Of a stretch of DNA of 64,000 nt, positions 1 through 12,326 are shown in pieces; the first letter of the stretch is position 1; each line of letters opens with the position of its first letter. A program made the translations under genes and the position numbers. The notes under the pieces were generated by a model. That model was not told the origin of the DNA. It made no database searches and saw nothing but the letters and a program-made list of their open reading frames with translations. Source of the stretch: Stegostoma tigrinum (taxonomy: Eukaryota); the NCBI RefSeq assembly GCF_030684315.1, contig NC_081374.1:21555978-21619977 (forward strand). Direction: 5' to 3'.

Positions 1-261
1 TGCACTAGTGTGTTTTTTCCAAGCTTGCTGGCTATCAGACCAGTCAAAGAATCTTGGGGTTCCACCAAAACACTAGGCAAATCCATTAATATGTCTAACT
101 TTTACATGTGGCACCGTGACACAGTATATGAGGGAATCAATTTCCATTCAAAACTCCACTTCACCAATTTTGTATCACATTCAATAAATATTCAGTCCTA
201 AAAGGTTATCTACAACTGATGTTAAATTAGTTAAAATACCCACAAGACCCCACTTGAACAA

Positions 262-605
262 AGATAATACAGTGTGTAGCAGGAGGAACACAGCAGGCCA
301 GGCAGCATCAGAGGTGTAGGAAAGCTAATGTTTCAGGTCAGCATCCTTCTTCAGAAATACACTGGCACTATTCCCCATCTCTTCTTCCGCTACACCGATG
401 ACTATATTGGCGCTGCCTCATGCTCCAACAAGGAGCTCGAATAGTTCATCAACTTTACTAACACCTTCCACCCCAACCTCAAGTTCACCTGGACCATCTC
501 TGATACCTCTGTCTCCTTCCTGGACACCTCTGTCTCCATCTCTGGTGACCACCTCGAAACTGATACTGTGTTACCTCAGACTCCAGCATCAGCAGTTCTT
601 ACTAT
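262..605 (+). mobile_element. Penelope-like element fragment: inverted pLTR, RT remnant and tail
   Basis: 358-566 translates (degenerate) to FFRYTDDYIGAAS...FINFTNTFHPNLKFTWTISDTSVSFLDTSVSISGDHLETD, a Penelope RT YxDD region. 262-356 is an inverted terminal repeat. The flanks repeat cccactt/ggaacaaagat. Confidence 0.85.
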
Positions 606-3600
606 CCCACTGGAACAAAGATCCCTGAGTAATAATTTGCAAACTTAGAAGAATTTTTAAAAAAAATTTTGGTTAGCCTCTACTTTCTCTTTGTGGCGAG
701 TTTAATGACTATTGTTTAATCTAAAAGTAATTACATCAAAGGCCACATGCCTATGTCAAGTTAAAGTATATAATGTGCAAGTGCATTTCTCCAAACATTC
801 CCCTTTTCATAAATAAAATGTTTTCATAGTACAATTACTTTTAAATACAAATTACTCAAAGATGGTCAGCAAAGGTAATTATTTTGCATGAACAAAAAAT
901 ATTTGTCCTCTCACACCTTTGTCTGTCCCTCCACACATTGCACACTTTTAAACATGTAAATATTCTAATGGTATGTGTATATACTTTTGTTGGCTGTATG
1001 ACTGGAATCCATTCAATCCTGCAGTGATATTTCTACACTGGGAAATGTTTCCATGACAAATGTTGTTGCAAGGCTAACTACTACTGCTAACCCAATTCCC
1101 TTGCAGGGAATGGTGGATTTCTTTAATTAATGGCTATTCTGTACCATTTGTAGCTGGCAACATCAATTCTTATTCATTAGCTGCCTGCAGTGAAGAAGCA
1201 GTTTCTTCTTCTCATATGTGTATGTCTTCAGTTGCAATGTTATAGCTGGTCTGCTCTGCGTAGTATCATGTTGCCAAAGGGCTGATTTTTGCTCAGACAT
1301 TGAATGCGCACACTCTGATTCTCTCCAATCCTCAGCTCTGATAACAAATTGACAAGTGAACTTTTGACCTCTGTCTTTTCACTTGAACTGTATCACTCAA
1401 ATCTGCCTCATTGGCATTATACTGCAAGGTGTCTTCATTGGTTACATCATGGCACTCCAGCACTAGTGTTATTAGCTCACAGTTTTTAGTGAAAGCTGCT
1501 TTATGTTCTGTGCCCTAGTAAGACTGCATTGCCTAAGCAGTGAACTTGCATAGAAGTTCACTATCTGTGACCAAATTAGGGAAGAAATTAGTTAGGTAGG
1601 TCATAAGTTCTATCGGTCATTACCTTGCTGTTGAGACGTTGGTTGGTACATCTCTGCTACAGCTTTCATTTTGTCAGGATCTGAGCAAGGTCCTTTTGCT
1701 TTTCTTGAATTCTTGGTCTTAATTCTTAAATTGCATACGTTTTTCTCTTCTGCTTTACGGTCATCTGGTGATTTCTCTCCAAAAGTCACACTAGATTCAA
1801 GTTGCAGTCTGCAATGGCCTCTTCCATCATATGTCCAAATCATCTTTGGACTTGACAATACCAATCTGTTGTGAAGTGTAGAGTGATTTATCAGAATCAT
1901 TGTCTGGAACTTCTCCAGCAGCCATCTTCATAAGTTTGTTTTGTTTTTAATTCTCGCTAAATACTTGCATGCAAAGGGATTCAGCCTCTTACAGTTAGAG
2001 CTCTGCTTTCCCCCATTCTGGATACGCTTTCTTTTCATTTGCATGATTTCCTCTGCAACATTTATATCTTGTATTCTGACCTTGATTTTTCTGCAAACAT
2101 TCCCCTTTTTTCTATTATGTTGCCCTTGTTAGGCCTCAATTGACTCACAACATAAAGAAAAGCCCCATCCATTCTCCTATAAGCACATTCTAGCTGACTG
2201 TTCACAATCTCAGATCTTCCCTCACGCCATTACTTTTGTTAAGAGTAACCTTCTGCTTTCTCAACTGACGTGCCCTCGTAGCAGGATCTCTGAGACCCAA
2301 GACATTCCTCCGTCTCATGAGATCACCTCTTTATTGAAATTCACAGGATTCAACTCAATGTTTTTGTGCCATCATATACTGATCAGTGTTTTCGATTTCC
2401 ACTGAGTTCTGATGTTGTAGACATGCCATTCGGAAGTAATGTTTGGTATAATGTTAAAAATATATGTTCAAGGTTTTCACAGTTTCTGGAGTCTGGCATT
2501 TCTGTTCCAAATTAATGCAGTTAAACCACTAGAACATAAAGGCAGAGGCTGGATTTAATTCACACTGCCCATGTTCCCATAACTTTCTATTCAGGAGTAA
2601 GCATTACCATCAACAAAAATGCACACAGTCAAAGACCAGTGTTTGCCCAATGTAAATCTGGCGCGTCCTGTTTGGTTGTTGCTGGGTCAGGAAATGGTGA
2701 CATGGGTTTAGCACTAAATATAATATAAAAGTAGCTTGGAACTGTCAAATTAATAATCAGTAATATTGCTCCTAATTAATGACTTCAAGTTATCAGTGCA
2801 GGTTCAATGTGGCCTCTCATCCATTAATTAATGGATATATCTAAGAGCACATATTATATCCTGCATATTTTTAACAGAAGCAAGCTTGCTAACACTTTTG
2901 TTGCTAGCTCTAAGGATATAAATAAATATATGTAAAAGAATTAAGTCAAGAATAAGAAATAATAACAGCTGAAACGAAAGAAACAGAAGGGCTAGGGAAG
3001 ATAATATGGAAAAAGAAACAGAACATAAAGGTAAACATATTAAATGCTTATGCTTCCAAACTCTTCATCCAAATGTATCACCACTATGCCTGTAAGAGGT
3101 CAAAATCCAAAGTTCAGGCTGATACTGGCTGGAAAAAGCCTTATATTAAATTGAAAAGCTGGTTTAGCTTATATACTTTAGTAGGGCAGATTAATATTAT
3201 TGGCGAGTATAACTTATCTTTTTATTAAAGGGCAGTTTCAGTCAATGAGTTTGCATTCAAGCGGAAGTTAACTAGTCCATTATATCAGCTAATTTGTCGA
3301 CTAAAGGTAACAAATGAAAATAAAACATTTAAGCCAAATACAAAGAAAATTAGTGCCTTGCTATTCCTATGTGCCTGCAGAGATACATGGGTGGGTCACA
3401 TGTTCATGCCCCATATTATGATGGCTGGATTAGGACCTAAAGAGCGAAAAAAGTCAGTCACCAAAAAGTGCAAAATCACGACGGTTAACATATTCCTTCA
3501 TATATACTATTTAACAAGGAAATGAACACCAAAATTGAATTCTCCACAAAAATAAAGCTTTAGTCCCTCAAGAATGAAATGCTTCTTTATAAATGTTCAA

Positions 3601-5944
3601 CCGGACTCAGGGACTGTGTACAATAATCAGGATTAGTTTACCATAACAGAAGGAATGATGGAGCTGATAAATGAAAACTAGCAGCTGCCAAGAAGCACAG
3701 AACAAATGTGATCACAACGTCAGTGCAGTCAGTGAAAATGAAAACATGTAACCTTTCTGGCAGAGTCTGCAGCAACTTGAAAATTAGATGTTCCACAGTG
3801 AACAAACCAATGGATTATTTTGTGCAATTAGCCTTTAGGTTGATGGATAACATAACATCGCTTTTGAATTCTTAGCCAGCATTAATCTTGATTGGGTTGA
3901 TATACATGGAGATAATGTGTGTTTTTTATCGAGAGAGTTACAGTTTCATCAGGAGTAAATCAAAAATGCTGAAAACCATGGGCAGCAACTGGCTATTCAT
4001 TTCGTCATGACTTCACGTAAAATGCTTAGTATCAACTATTCGAAGATGACTGTGTCATCAAATGCTTGCAACTGAAAGAAAATAAAACACTACCTTTCAT
4101 CAGTTGCTGTTAATCAGTTAGTGACTTTGGAGGAGAAAATATGAGAATTTGTCAGTAGTTTGGTTTGAAGATTCTTAAGTTTGACTGTAGAGTTTTCTGT
4201 GTTATCAGACAGCCCTGGTTTAAACAACAAATTTGACTGTATTGTCTTCAAATTTAGTCAGATTTTTAACTTTGAGCCAGTTTATTTACTCAGGGCCCAA
4301 ACCAACAGTTCATTAAACGAGGCCTCTCCAGAATTTTACAGTGGTTGAAACTATTCCACCACAGAAGTTGTCATAATGAATTTCAGTTTTGCCCTTATTC
4401 AAAGTTGACAGAAGGGCCTAACTACCAGATGCCATTTACAGCAAGAAAATAAAATGCTGTCTTAATGCTAGCCAAAGATGCTGGAACCAGTTATTACTAT
4501 TTAAAGGTACCCTGCCTGAGAGAAGGTAGCACAACGCAGACCAGCCTTGGATTAGGTCTGTACTTGATATTTCTCTATTGCACACAGGCACTGCATTTAC
4601 CAAGTGAGCAATGTGAACAGCATAATAAAGCTTTGTTGCTTGCCAGGTACTATCTGGCGGTGACATTTATCAAATCACATGCAAGAGCCAATTATGGAAA
4701 TCTTGCATGAGCAGTACAATTGAGTGATTTTAATTTAGAATCAGTACAATGGATGTAAGTTGTATCTTCAGAAACTGTTCCTTCGAACCAGTGTCTAATT
4801 TAATGTCAAAATGGAATTAACACAATTGTTGAAAAACATTTGAACATACATGAAGGCTACTAATCATCTCTGCTTATTTATATTTCTGAACTGCCTCTGA
4901 AAAAGCATTAGGGGGTATGCTAATAAAGTCTACAAAATCTGATGAAATTTGCACAAAAGTATAATGTTGATGTAAGTTTCACGAATAAGCAAAGATGCTG
5001 ACGTCAATTTTACAGTTGACATATTGTTTAGACAGATGAAGTGCTATAAATGTAGAAAATTGGCTCCAATAACATTTTCTACACAGTTGTTCAATTCAGG
5101 TGCAGTAATGGTGCAGTAATGGAATAAGTTCATCTGTTGTTTCTCACAGACCAAATGCTCCAATTTACCAAATACAGTTAACGAAAGCTTCAGCTGCATA
5201 CTTTTAAAAGCATATTTGTTTCTTTCATGATTAAGGAAGAGTGATAGGCTTTAACTTTTAACTTTGGCACAGTGGAAGGTCAAGGCCAAGTGATAGCCTA
5301 CCAACTTTCACTGTGCAGGTAGGTATCAAATAAGAATCAAAGTATTCATTGGGCTTTGGTAATATCATTTTTCTCTAAACCTTCCATCACCAACTTCACA
5401 ATCCTCGCCTCCTACTTTCCTCAGTAGCTTTGCTGGGTCTGGCCAGTCAGAGCTGCCTATATCCTGGATTTACCTGTCAGTCCAAGCTCCACCACTTTTC
5501 ATCTTTGGAAACTGCCTATCCTCACAGCTTTGACCTACACTGCAGCCTGACACTGCTGAGACTAGCTGCCACTGAACCGGATTGGCCGGTAGCTCTCTAA
5601 GGTGGGACTTCTTCCTCACATGGAGTCAGAAGCCTCAACTTTAAACCAATGAATGATCCTTCCAGCATAAACTGGCTGCAGGGACACTGATTTCTAGTTG
5701 TCAGGTTCATTTATCGGTTGGTGAGTCAGGGAATGTGGCACCTTTAAAACCCAGCTGGCTGTGCTGGAATCAAGCCCCAACACTACACATCATCCAAAAA
5801 TTAAAGCGGACCATTTGATTGATTGATTAATTGATCGTTGTCACGTGTACCGAGAAACAGTGAAAAGTATTGTTTTAAGTGCAATGCAGACAGATTGTAC
5901 CACCATACAAGGTACATCAGGGTAGGGAGTGTGAGAGGGAGGGC

Positions 5945-6856
5945 CCGATGTAGCCTCCTCTACATCGGTGTGACCAAGCAGAGACTCGGAGACTGCTTTG
6001 TAGAGCACCTGTGCTCTGTTCACGATAAATGACAACAACTTCCAGTCGTGAACCATTTCAACACGGTGGCTCAGTGATTAGCACTGCAGCCTCATAGCGC
6101 CAGGGACCTGGGTTCGATTTCAGCCTCGGGTAACTGTCTGTGCGAAGTTTACACGTTCTCTCCGTGTCTGTGTGTGTTTCCTCCGGGTGCTCCAGTTTCC
6201 TCCCACAGTCCAAAGATGTGTGGGCTAGGTGGATTGGCCATGCTAAATTGCCCATCGTGTTCAGGGGTGTGTGGGTTATAAGGCGATAGGTCTGGGTGGG
6301 ATGCTCCAAGGGGCGGTGTGGACTTGTTGGGCTGAAGGGCCTGTTTCCCCACTGTAGGGAATCTCATCTAATCTTAAAAAAACTCTCCTTTCCACTCCCT
6401 CGGCAAAATGTCCATCCTGGGCCTCTTCCAGTGTCACAATGAGACCACCCACAAACTGGAGAAGCAGCACCTCATATTCCGCCTCGAGAGCCTACAGCCC
6501 AATGGCCTAAATGTGGATTTTTCCAATTTCAAAATCTCCCCATCCCCAGCCTCATTCCATGCCCAACCCTCCCCTTCATCCTTGCCTCCTTGACCTGACA
6601 CAACCTGTCCATCTTCTCTCTCAGCTATCTACTCCTCCCACCTCATTGACCAATCCCCACCACTGCCTACCTGCACTCACCTATCATCATCCCACCTACC
6701 TTCCCCAGCCACATCCGTCCTCTGTTTATTTCCCAGCTCCCTTCCACCTCCACCTCAATTTCTGAAGAAGGATCCTGACCCAAAATGTCAAATTTCCTGC
6801 TCCTCTGATGCTACCTGACCTGTTGTATTCTTCCAGCTCCACACTGTGTTATCTCT
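5945..6856 (+). mobile_element. Penelope-like element 3' part (GIY-YIG endonuclease remnant and pLTR), interrupted by a SINE
   Basis: CSLLYIGVTKQRLGDCFVEHLCSV...NHF (to 6060) continues after the SINE as MSILGLFQCHNETTHKLEKQHLIFRLESLQPNGLNVDFSNF. It ends with pLTR ...ccagctccacactgtgttatctc. Confidence 0.88.
6061..6365 (+). mobile_element. HE1-type tRNA-derived SINE (V-SINE)
   Basis: A box TGGCTCAGTGA, B box GGTTCGATT, V-domain-like core, and CR1-derived tail ggctgaagggcctgtttcccc..gtaggga. Confidence 0.88.
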
Positions 6857-8429
6857 TTCATTATGTTGGTTGTTTGCCCGACGCAGTGGGTGGTATAGAT
6901 GGAGTCAATGGATGGACAGCTGGTTGCATGATGATGTATTCATGACTCTCTGTAGTTTTTTGTGGTCTTGAGAAGAGCAGAAGGACAACAACAGATATAT
7001 TTTAATAGACTCTGAAAGTAACTTTTTAATATAGAAGAATCAAATAAATGACCATCATACTCTGACCTCACAAGAAAATAGTTTTGTGTGCTTAATGGTG
7101 ATTTTGAATCATTCAGAATCACATTACTCACATGTGGTAGACTGACGCCAGGATTTAATTTTTTTTGTTAAATTCAACTTCAGTTAATGAATCAAATTTT
7201 ACTAAGTTAACACTCTCAAATCAAATTATTTTTAAAGCAGCAATTAAGTTCAAGCACAGCCTTCACCAGAAACCACAATTTGCAGTCAAGGTGGGAAAGC
7301 TACCCTGAGGGTTTCAGCCTGAAAACTAAAGCGCAAGGATGCCATTAGTAACCCACTAAGACCATGCAGCTAGTGCTGCCCGGACTACTAATATAGAGCT
7401 AACCCTTCCTTCAGCAATCACTCGTCAGTTATTGGCTATTCAATAAGTTATCCATTTTATCCTTCACCAAATTGAGAATTTTTATAACTTTAAATTAATT
7501 GATATTGTAATTTGATAAAGCACCTTTTAACAAATTAATGGTATTGACATTTCACCTCCAAATATCTGAAAAAGTTGATACCATTCTGAAACAAAATGTC
7601 CACAGTGATAGATTTTTATTCCATACGTCCCTGTCCAAATACCTTTAACATGTTAGGAGTTCACAATTAATCTTGGAGCAGCAGCTATATCCAATAAGTT
7701 CACGAATGACTTCTTAGTTGTTCAGGTCCCATGGGGACAATAGACAGCAGGATCCTGTCATTGCCTTCAGTCCATTATAATCTATTTTCTCCAGCCTAAA
7801 TGGTCTTCCACTCTTTGCAATCCTCCTTAAATCCTTCACCAGGTCTTCATTAGCCAGCTCATCCTCACTTCCCCTCTAGTGTCTTTTATACAACTTCAAC
7901 TTTAATAGGGCATCATCTCCCTGTCATAAAGTCCCATGGGTGCCTCTGACCAGTTCACTGTAGCACTTCTTCATTGGTAATGCTGTCTCTCGATGTGATG
8001 TCCAGAATCTTATTTAGGAAACATTGGTGAAAGACCTTCAGCTTATGTGACACCTTTGTTGTTCTCGTCTATGTTTCTAAGGCAGAGATTGTGGTGGTAC
8101 TCTCACGGATATGCGGAGTCACAGCTTCATGGCTTATATTGGTAGTGTTGGATATCCATGTGGAACTGCTGCAAGAATGATACTGTTTTGCTCATCCTTC
8201 TGGGGATATGGATCTTCACATCACTCTCCCTTGAGAAGTTACTTCCCAGTTAGAGGATGTAATGGATATCCTTGATGTTCAGTTGCTCAATAGTTATTGA
8301 GGAGATAGGGAATGTGCATTACTGCCTTGATCTTCTCACAGTTGATATGCAGACCAATTCTGATGACAGTACTCTCAAGACCAGTGGTCAGATCATGGAA
8401 TGCACACAATTCTTTGACCTACAGGACAT

Positions 8430-9398
8430 TGAGGTGAAATGAGAGTGACAGCCCTTGATATCAAGGCTGCTTTCAATCGAGTGTGTCATCAAGCAGCCAC
8501 AGCAAAAGCGGAGTCAATGGGAGTCAGGGGGAAAACTCTCCTCTGGTTGGCATCATACACAGCAGATAGGAAGGTGGCTGTAGCTGATTCTCTCAGATAC
8601 TGAAGCAGTACATATTCAAATGTAACAAGATCTAGACAATATCCAGTCTTAGGTTGACAACTGGCAAGTAACATTCACATCATAGAAATGCCAGGCAATG
8701 ACCACCTCCAATGGGAGACAATCTAACCACCATCACTTGACATTCAATGAGTTAACATCATTGAATCCCCGGCTATTAATATCCTAGGTGTTATCATTGA
8801 CCAGAAACTCACTGGACTCTCCACTTAAAAACTATGGCAGATGTGAGATTAAGAATAGTATGGCGAGTAACTCACCTCTTGACTCCCCAAACCCTGTCTA
8901 CTATCTACATGTTACAAGTTAGAGTGTCATGAAATACTCCACACTTGCCCTGGATGGGTACAAGTCCTGCTACACTCAAGAAGCTTGAGACCATCCAGGA
9001 AAAAGCAGCGTGCAGAAACATCCACTCCGTCCACCACTGGTGCTCAGTGGCAACAGTGTTTACAATCCACAAGATGCACAGCAAGAACTCACTACAGATT
9101 CTCAGGCAGCAAATTCCAAACCCGCAATCTCTTCCATCTTGAAGGACAAGAGCAGCAAATGCATGATAGCACCACCACCTGCCAGATCCCCCCTAAGCCA
9201 CTCACTATCCTGACTTGGAAACATGTCACCATTACTCCACTGTTGTTAGATCAAAATCCTGGAATTCCCTCCTGAAGATTGTTTTGGGTCAACCTACAGC
9301 AAGACAGCAGCTCACTGTCACCTTCCCAAGGGCAACTACGGATGAGTAATGAGTTCTAGCCAACCAGTGATGTCTACATCCCATGAATGATTATTAAA
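8430..9398 (+). mobile_element. Decayed CR1/L2-group LINE 3' region
   Basis: RT motif ALDIKAAFNRVCHQ near 8450 and WMGTSPATLKKLETIQEKAA; the 3' tail ..catcccatgaatga is shared with the DeuSINE-like elements. Confidence 0.75.
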
Positions 9399-11612
9399 AA
9401 TGTGCAAAATCCAGGTCTGTCAACCAGTGTTTGATGTCAAAGTCTGTGCCTAAAATAACTGCCTTCATGATGAAATCAATAAGAAAGAAGAAAAGAAATA
9501 GGGACAATTCGTACTGTTTTAATGACACTGACTGCAGTATTAAAAACCACCATCAGATGAATTCAGCACACTTTATAAACTGAGACAGGTTATGTAAAGA
9601 GGGTTCGAGCTTCAAGCTTGAAGATTCGATTGCTCATCTTTCACTGCTGAGGAATTCTCTGTCAAACCTATATTGTAGCCTTTAAACCAGTATGATATCA
9701 ATCCCACATTTTATTATAACACATTCCTTAATGTTCCTACAGTAATGTGGAGTGAGTAAGTCAATCTAAAGCAAGGATACAATCAAAATATTGTTTCAAA
9801 AGAGGCTTTCATTACAATCCCACAGACTACTTTTCAATCATGACTTAGTACTGCTTGCTGCTGTCCAATATCTTGCTAGTTCTGATTTAAATCGTATTTT
9901 ATACATACGTTCTTGCCTAGGTAGTCCAGAAATGTTTCTTGTTTTGGATGTCCCAATAATTTACAGTTAAATATTAAAACAGGAATTAATGTGTAAAACA
10001 TTGGTAAACCATTTTTGCTGTGCAACATTAAACATTACCATATCAACAAATGTTACCATAACAAATGGCAGAGCAGCCTCAAGGGGCTGATTTGCCTTTT
10101 CCTGCTCCTAGCTGTTGCTCCTCTATCGGATGTGGTAGTTATTGATGCTAGTACCAGTACTGGTACACTGATTCAGAAGCTATAGTTGTAGAAACAGAAA
10201 GGCTTATAGAATGTTCAGTGATAATATGAGAAACTGATGGCTAAAGCCACCACTCACACTGTAACATTGCATTACCTAATCATTCTGAAGTATTTGTTTT
10301 TATATCGATGCATGAGAAAGGCAAATCCTGGAGCAAAGTTGTTGGAGAGACAAAATGAAACCAAGAAGTAGAAGATTGCAACCAAATTTTCAATGTTTGA
10401 GCGATAATTGGTGTAAACTATAAAGGTGATGGCCATTGGTTTGGTCTGACTAATACCACTGAAAATATGATCCTTGATTTTCTTTTAGCAGTTTGTGTGT
10501 TAGGTTCTAAAACACCCGAATATCATAAAATAGCATATTTTGTTGAGAAGATTTTCATCTGAGTTTGGCAAATAGCTGAAATCCACACCAGTGGAGCTCA
10601 TTTAAATTGGGAATGGAAATGAATTTTAAAAAATGAACCGCAAATCTAGTTGCAAATTGTAAGTCTTCTGCTGGGGCTATATATTTGTTCTTCTCCTTTC
10701 CCAGTCATCCTTCTGTTTGGACTTTTTTCACAATAGCACATGCAAGATGTAACTCATGATACAAACACTGTTATCAACACATATACTACCAATCCATGTT
10801 GATATATTGCTATAATCTAATTCTTGAATACCTGCTACAGAATCTTGCATCAAAAGTTTATAGGACAAAAAACTGCATTTGATAAGCTTGCAAACTATGT
10901 TGGAGATATTATCACAGCTGTTGTACATTTTTGAAAAAGTAAAAGTAATGTTAGTCAGAAATGTTATTTATAAATACATTTTTAAAGTTAAATTACTCAG
11001 AAAATATTGGATTATACAGTTTAAATTACTGTGCATTATGCTCTACAAGCAGAAAGAGAGAAGTATGGAAACAAAATTAAAACAATTGTGCCTTCAAAAG
11101 TTTGTGAACATTTTTGTTGTCTTTAAATTCCATTGTTCCATCAGTATTGCACAGATCTTATGAGATCGAGAAATAAAATCATTCTTATTTTGTATCAAAA
11201 GTAAGACCATGGCATATATTATGAGTGAATCACTCTCTGACAAGTGGAAAATATTTTCTGATCAAATACATTACTCAATTGATAAATGAGGAATTGTGCT
11301 AGCACATTTCAACCAAGATGACTAGTTAGCTATAGCTTTCAAATATCTTAAGTATATTTGATATTAGCCAAATAAACCAATACCAGTTTTCACACATTAA
11401 AGAATATATTGTAATAAGACATAAGTAATGAATATAGTCTGATCCATACTATCACCTAATTTCATAAATATGGCGCCTTTGAAATCCAAGCTTGTTTCGG
11501 CTAATGGTTTAAACAGCACTTTTTTTCTTCTGTAATTTTTGCTTATCACAGGTGACAGTAAGGTAGCTTTATGGCAAGATGAACATGATAACTTTTTTCA
11601 TTTGTTCTTCAC

Positions 11613-11830
11613 TGTAGTGACTGGTACTGAATATGAATATGAATTTCCTGATTGGGGCTGTTAATCTGATTCAATCAGGGCATCCTGGCTGATAAATTTA
11701 AACAGGAGTATCAGGGGTTCTGTTCACAGCAAAGCTGGTTCTGAACTAGCTGGGTCAGTGTCATGTACTATGTAGGTGTAAACAAAGGGTGACTTGGTGA
11801 CAGGATGCCAGCCTTTGTGGAGTCATTTTA
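11613..11830 (+). mobile_element. Probable short solo LTR (Gypsy-like)
   Basis: Starts with TG and ends ..gagtcatttta (degenerate CA). It holds a TATA-like gataaatttaaa and a polyA-like gtaaacaaa, with near 5-bp flanking repeats ttcac/ctcac. Confidence 0.5.
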
Positions 11831-12023
11831 CTCACTATATTCGATATGTAAGAAATATGAGCTGAATGAAGCCTTGTATGTGTCCCCTCAATCAGTTCAG
11901 CCATTCAATAAAACCAAGGCTGAACTATTAAATTCTACCCCACTTTACCCCCATGATCTTTGATTCCCCCGAAAAGCAGATCAAATATATACCTTATAAA
12001 TATTGTATTTAAAACAAATTTCT

Positions 12024-12326
12024 CACAGAATCCCTACAGTGTGGAAACAGGCCCTTCAGCCTAACAAGTCCACACCGAACCTCAGAGCATCCTACCCAGA
12101 CCCATCTGCCTAAAACCCACCTAATCTACACCTTCATGAGGACTATGAGCAATTTAGCTTGGCCAATCCACCTTCCCTGCACATCGTTGGACTGTGGGAG
12201 GAACCAGAGCAAGCCCACGCATAGAACATGTAAACTTCACACAGACAGTTGCCCAAGGCTGGAATTGAACCCGGATCCCCGGTGCTGTAAGGCGGCAGTG
12301 CTAACCACTGAGCCACCGTGCCGCCC
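12024..12326 (-). mobile_element. HE1-type SINE
   Basis: The reverse complement begins gggcggcacggtggctcagtggttagcactgcc and ends with the gtagggattctgtg tail. Confidence 0.9.

Larger units (their letters stand above)
5815..6990 (-). mobile_element. Rex1/Babar-like LINE 3' remnant (5815-5930 and 6857-6990), split by later insertions
   Basis: The minus strand of 6857-6985 reads CSSQDHKKLQRVMN...PSIDSIYTTHC...TNIMK. The 3' end carries an (attg)n tail at 5815-5835. Confidence 0.55.

Noticed and set aside
6061-6130. tRNA-like sequences with A and B boxes (also at 12326, 23610, 36869 and 49428)
   Set aside because: They are SINE heads continuing into SINE bodies, not tRNA genes.
10151-10166. Perfect 16-bp palindrome gtaccagtactggtac
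   Set aside because: About one palindrome of this length is expected by chance in 64 kb, and there is no supporting context.
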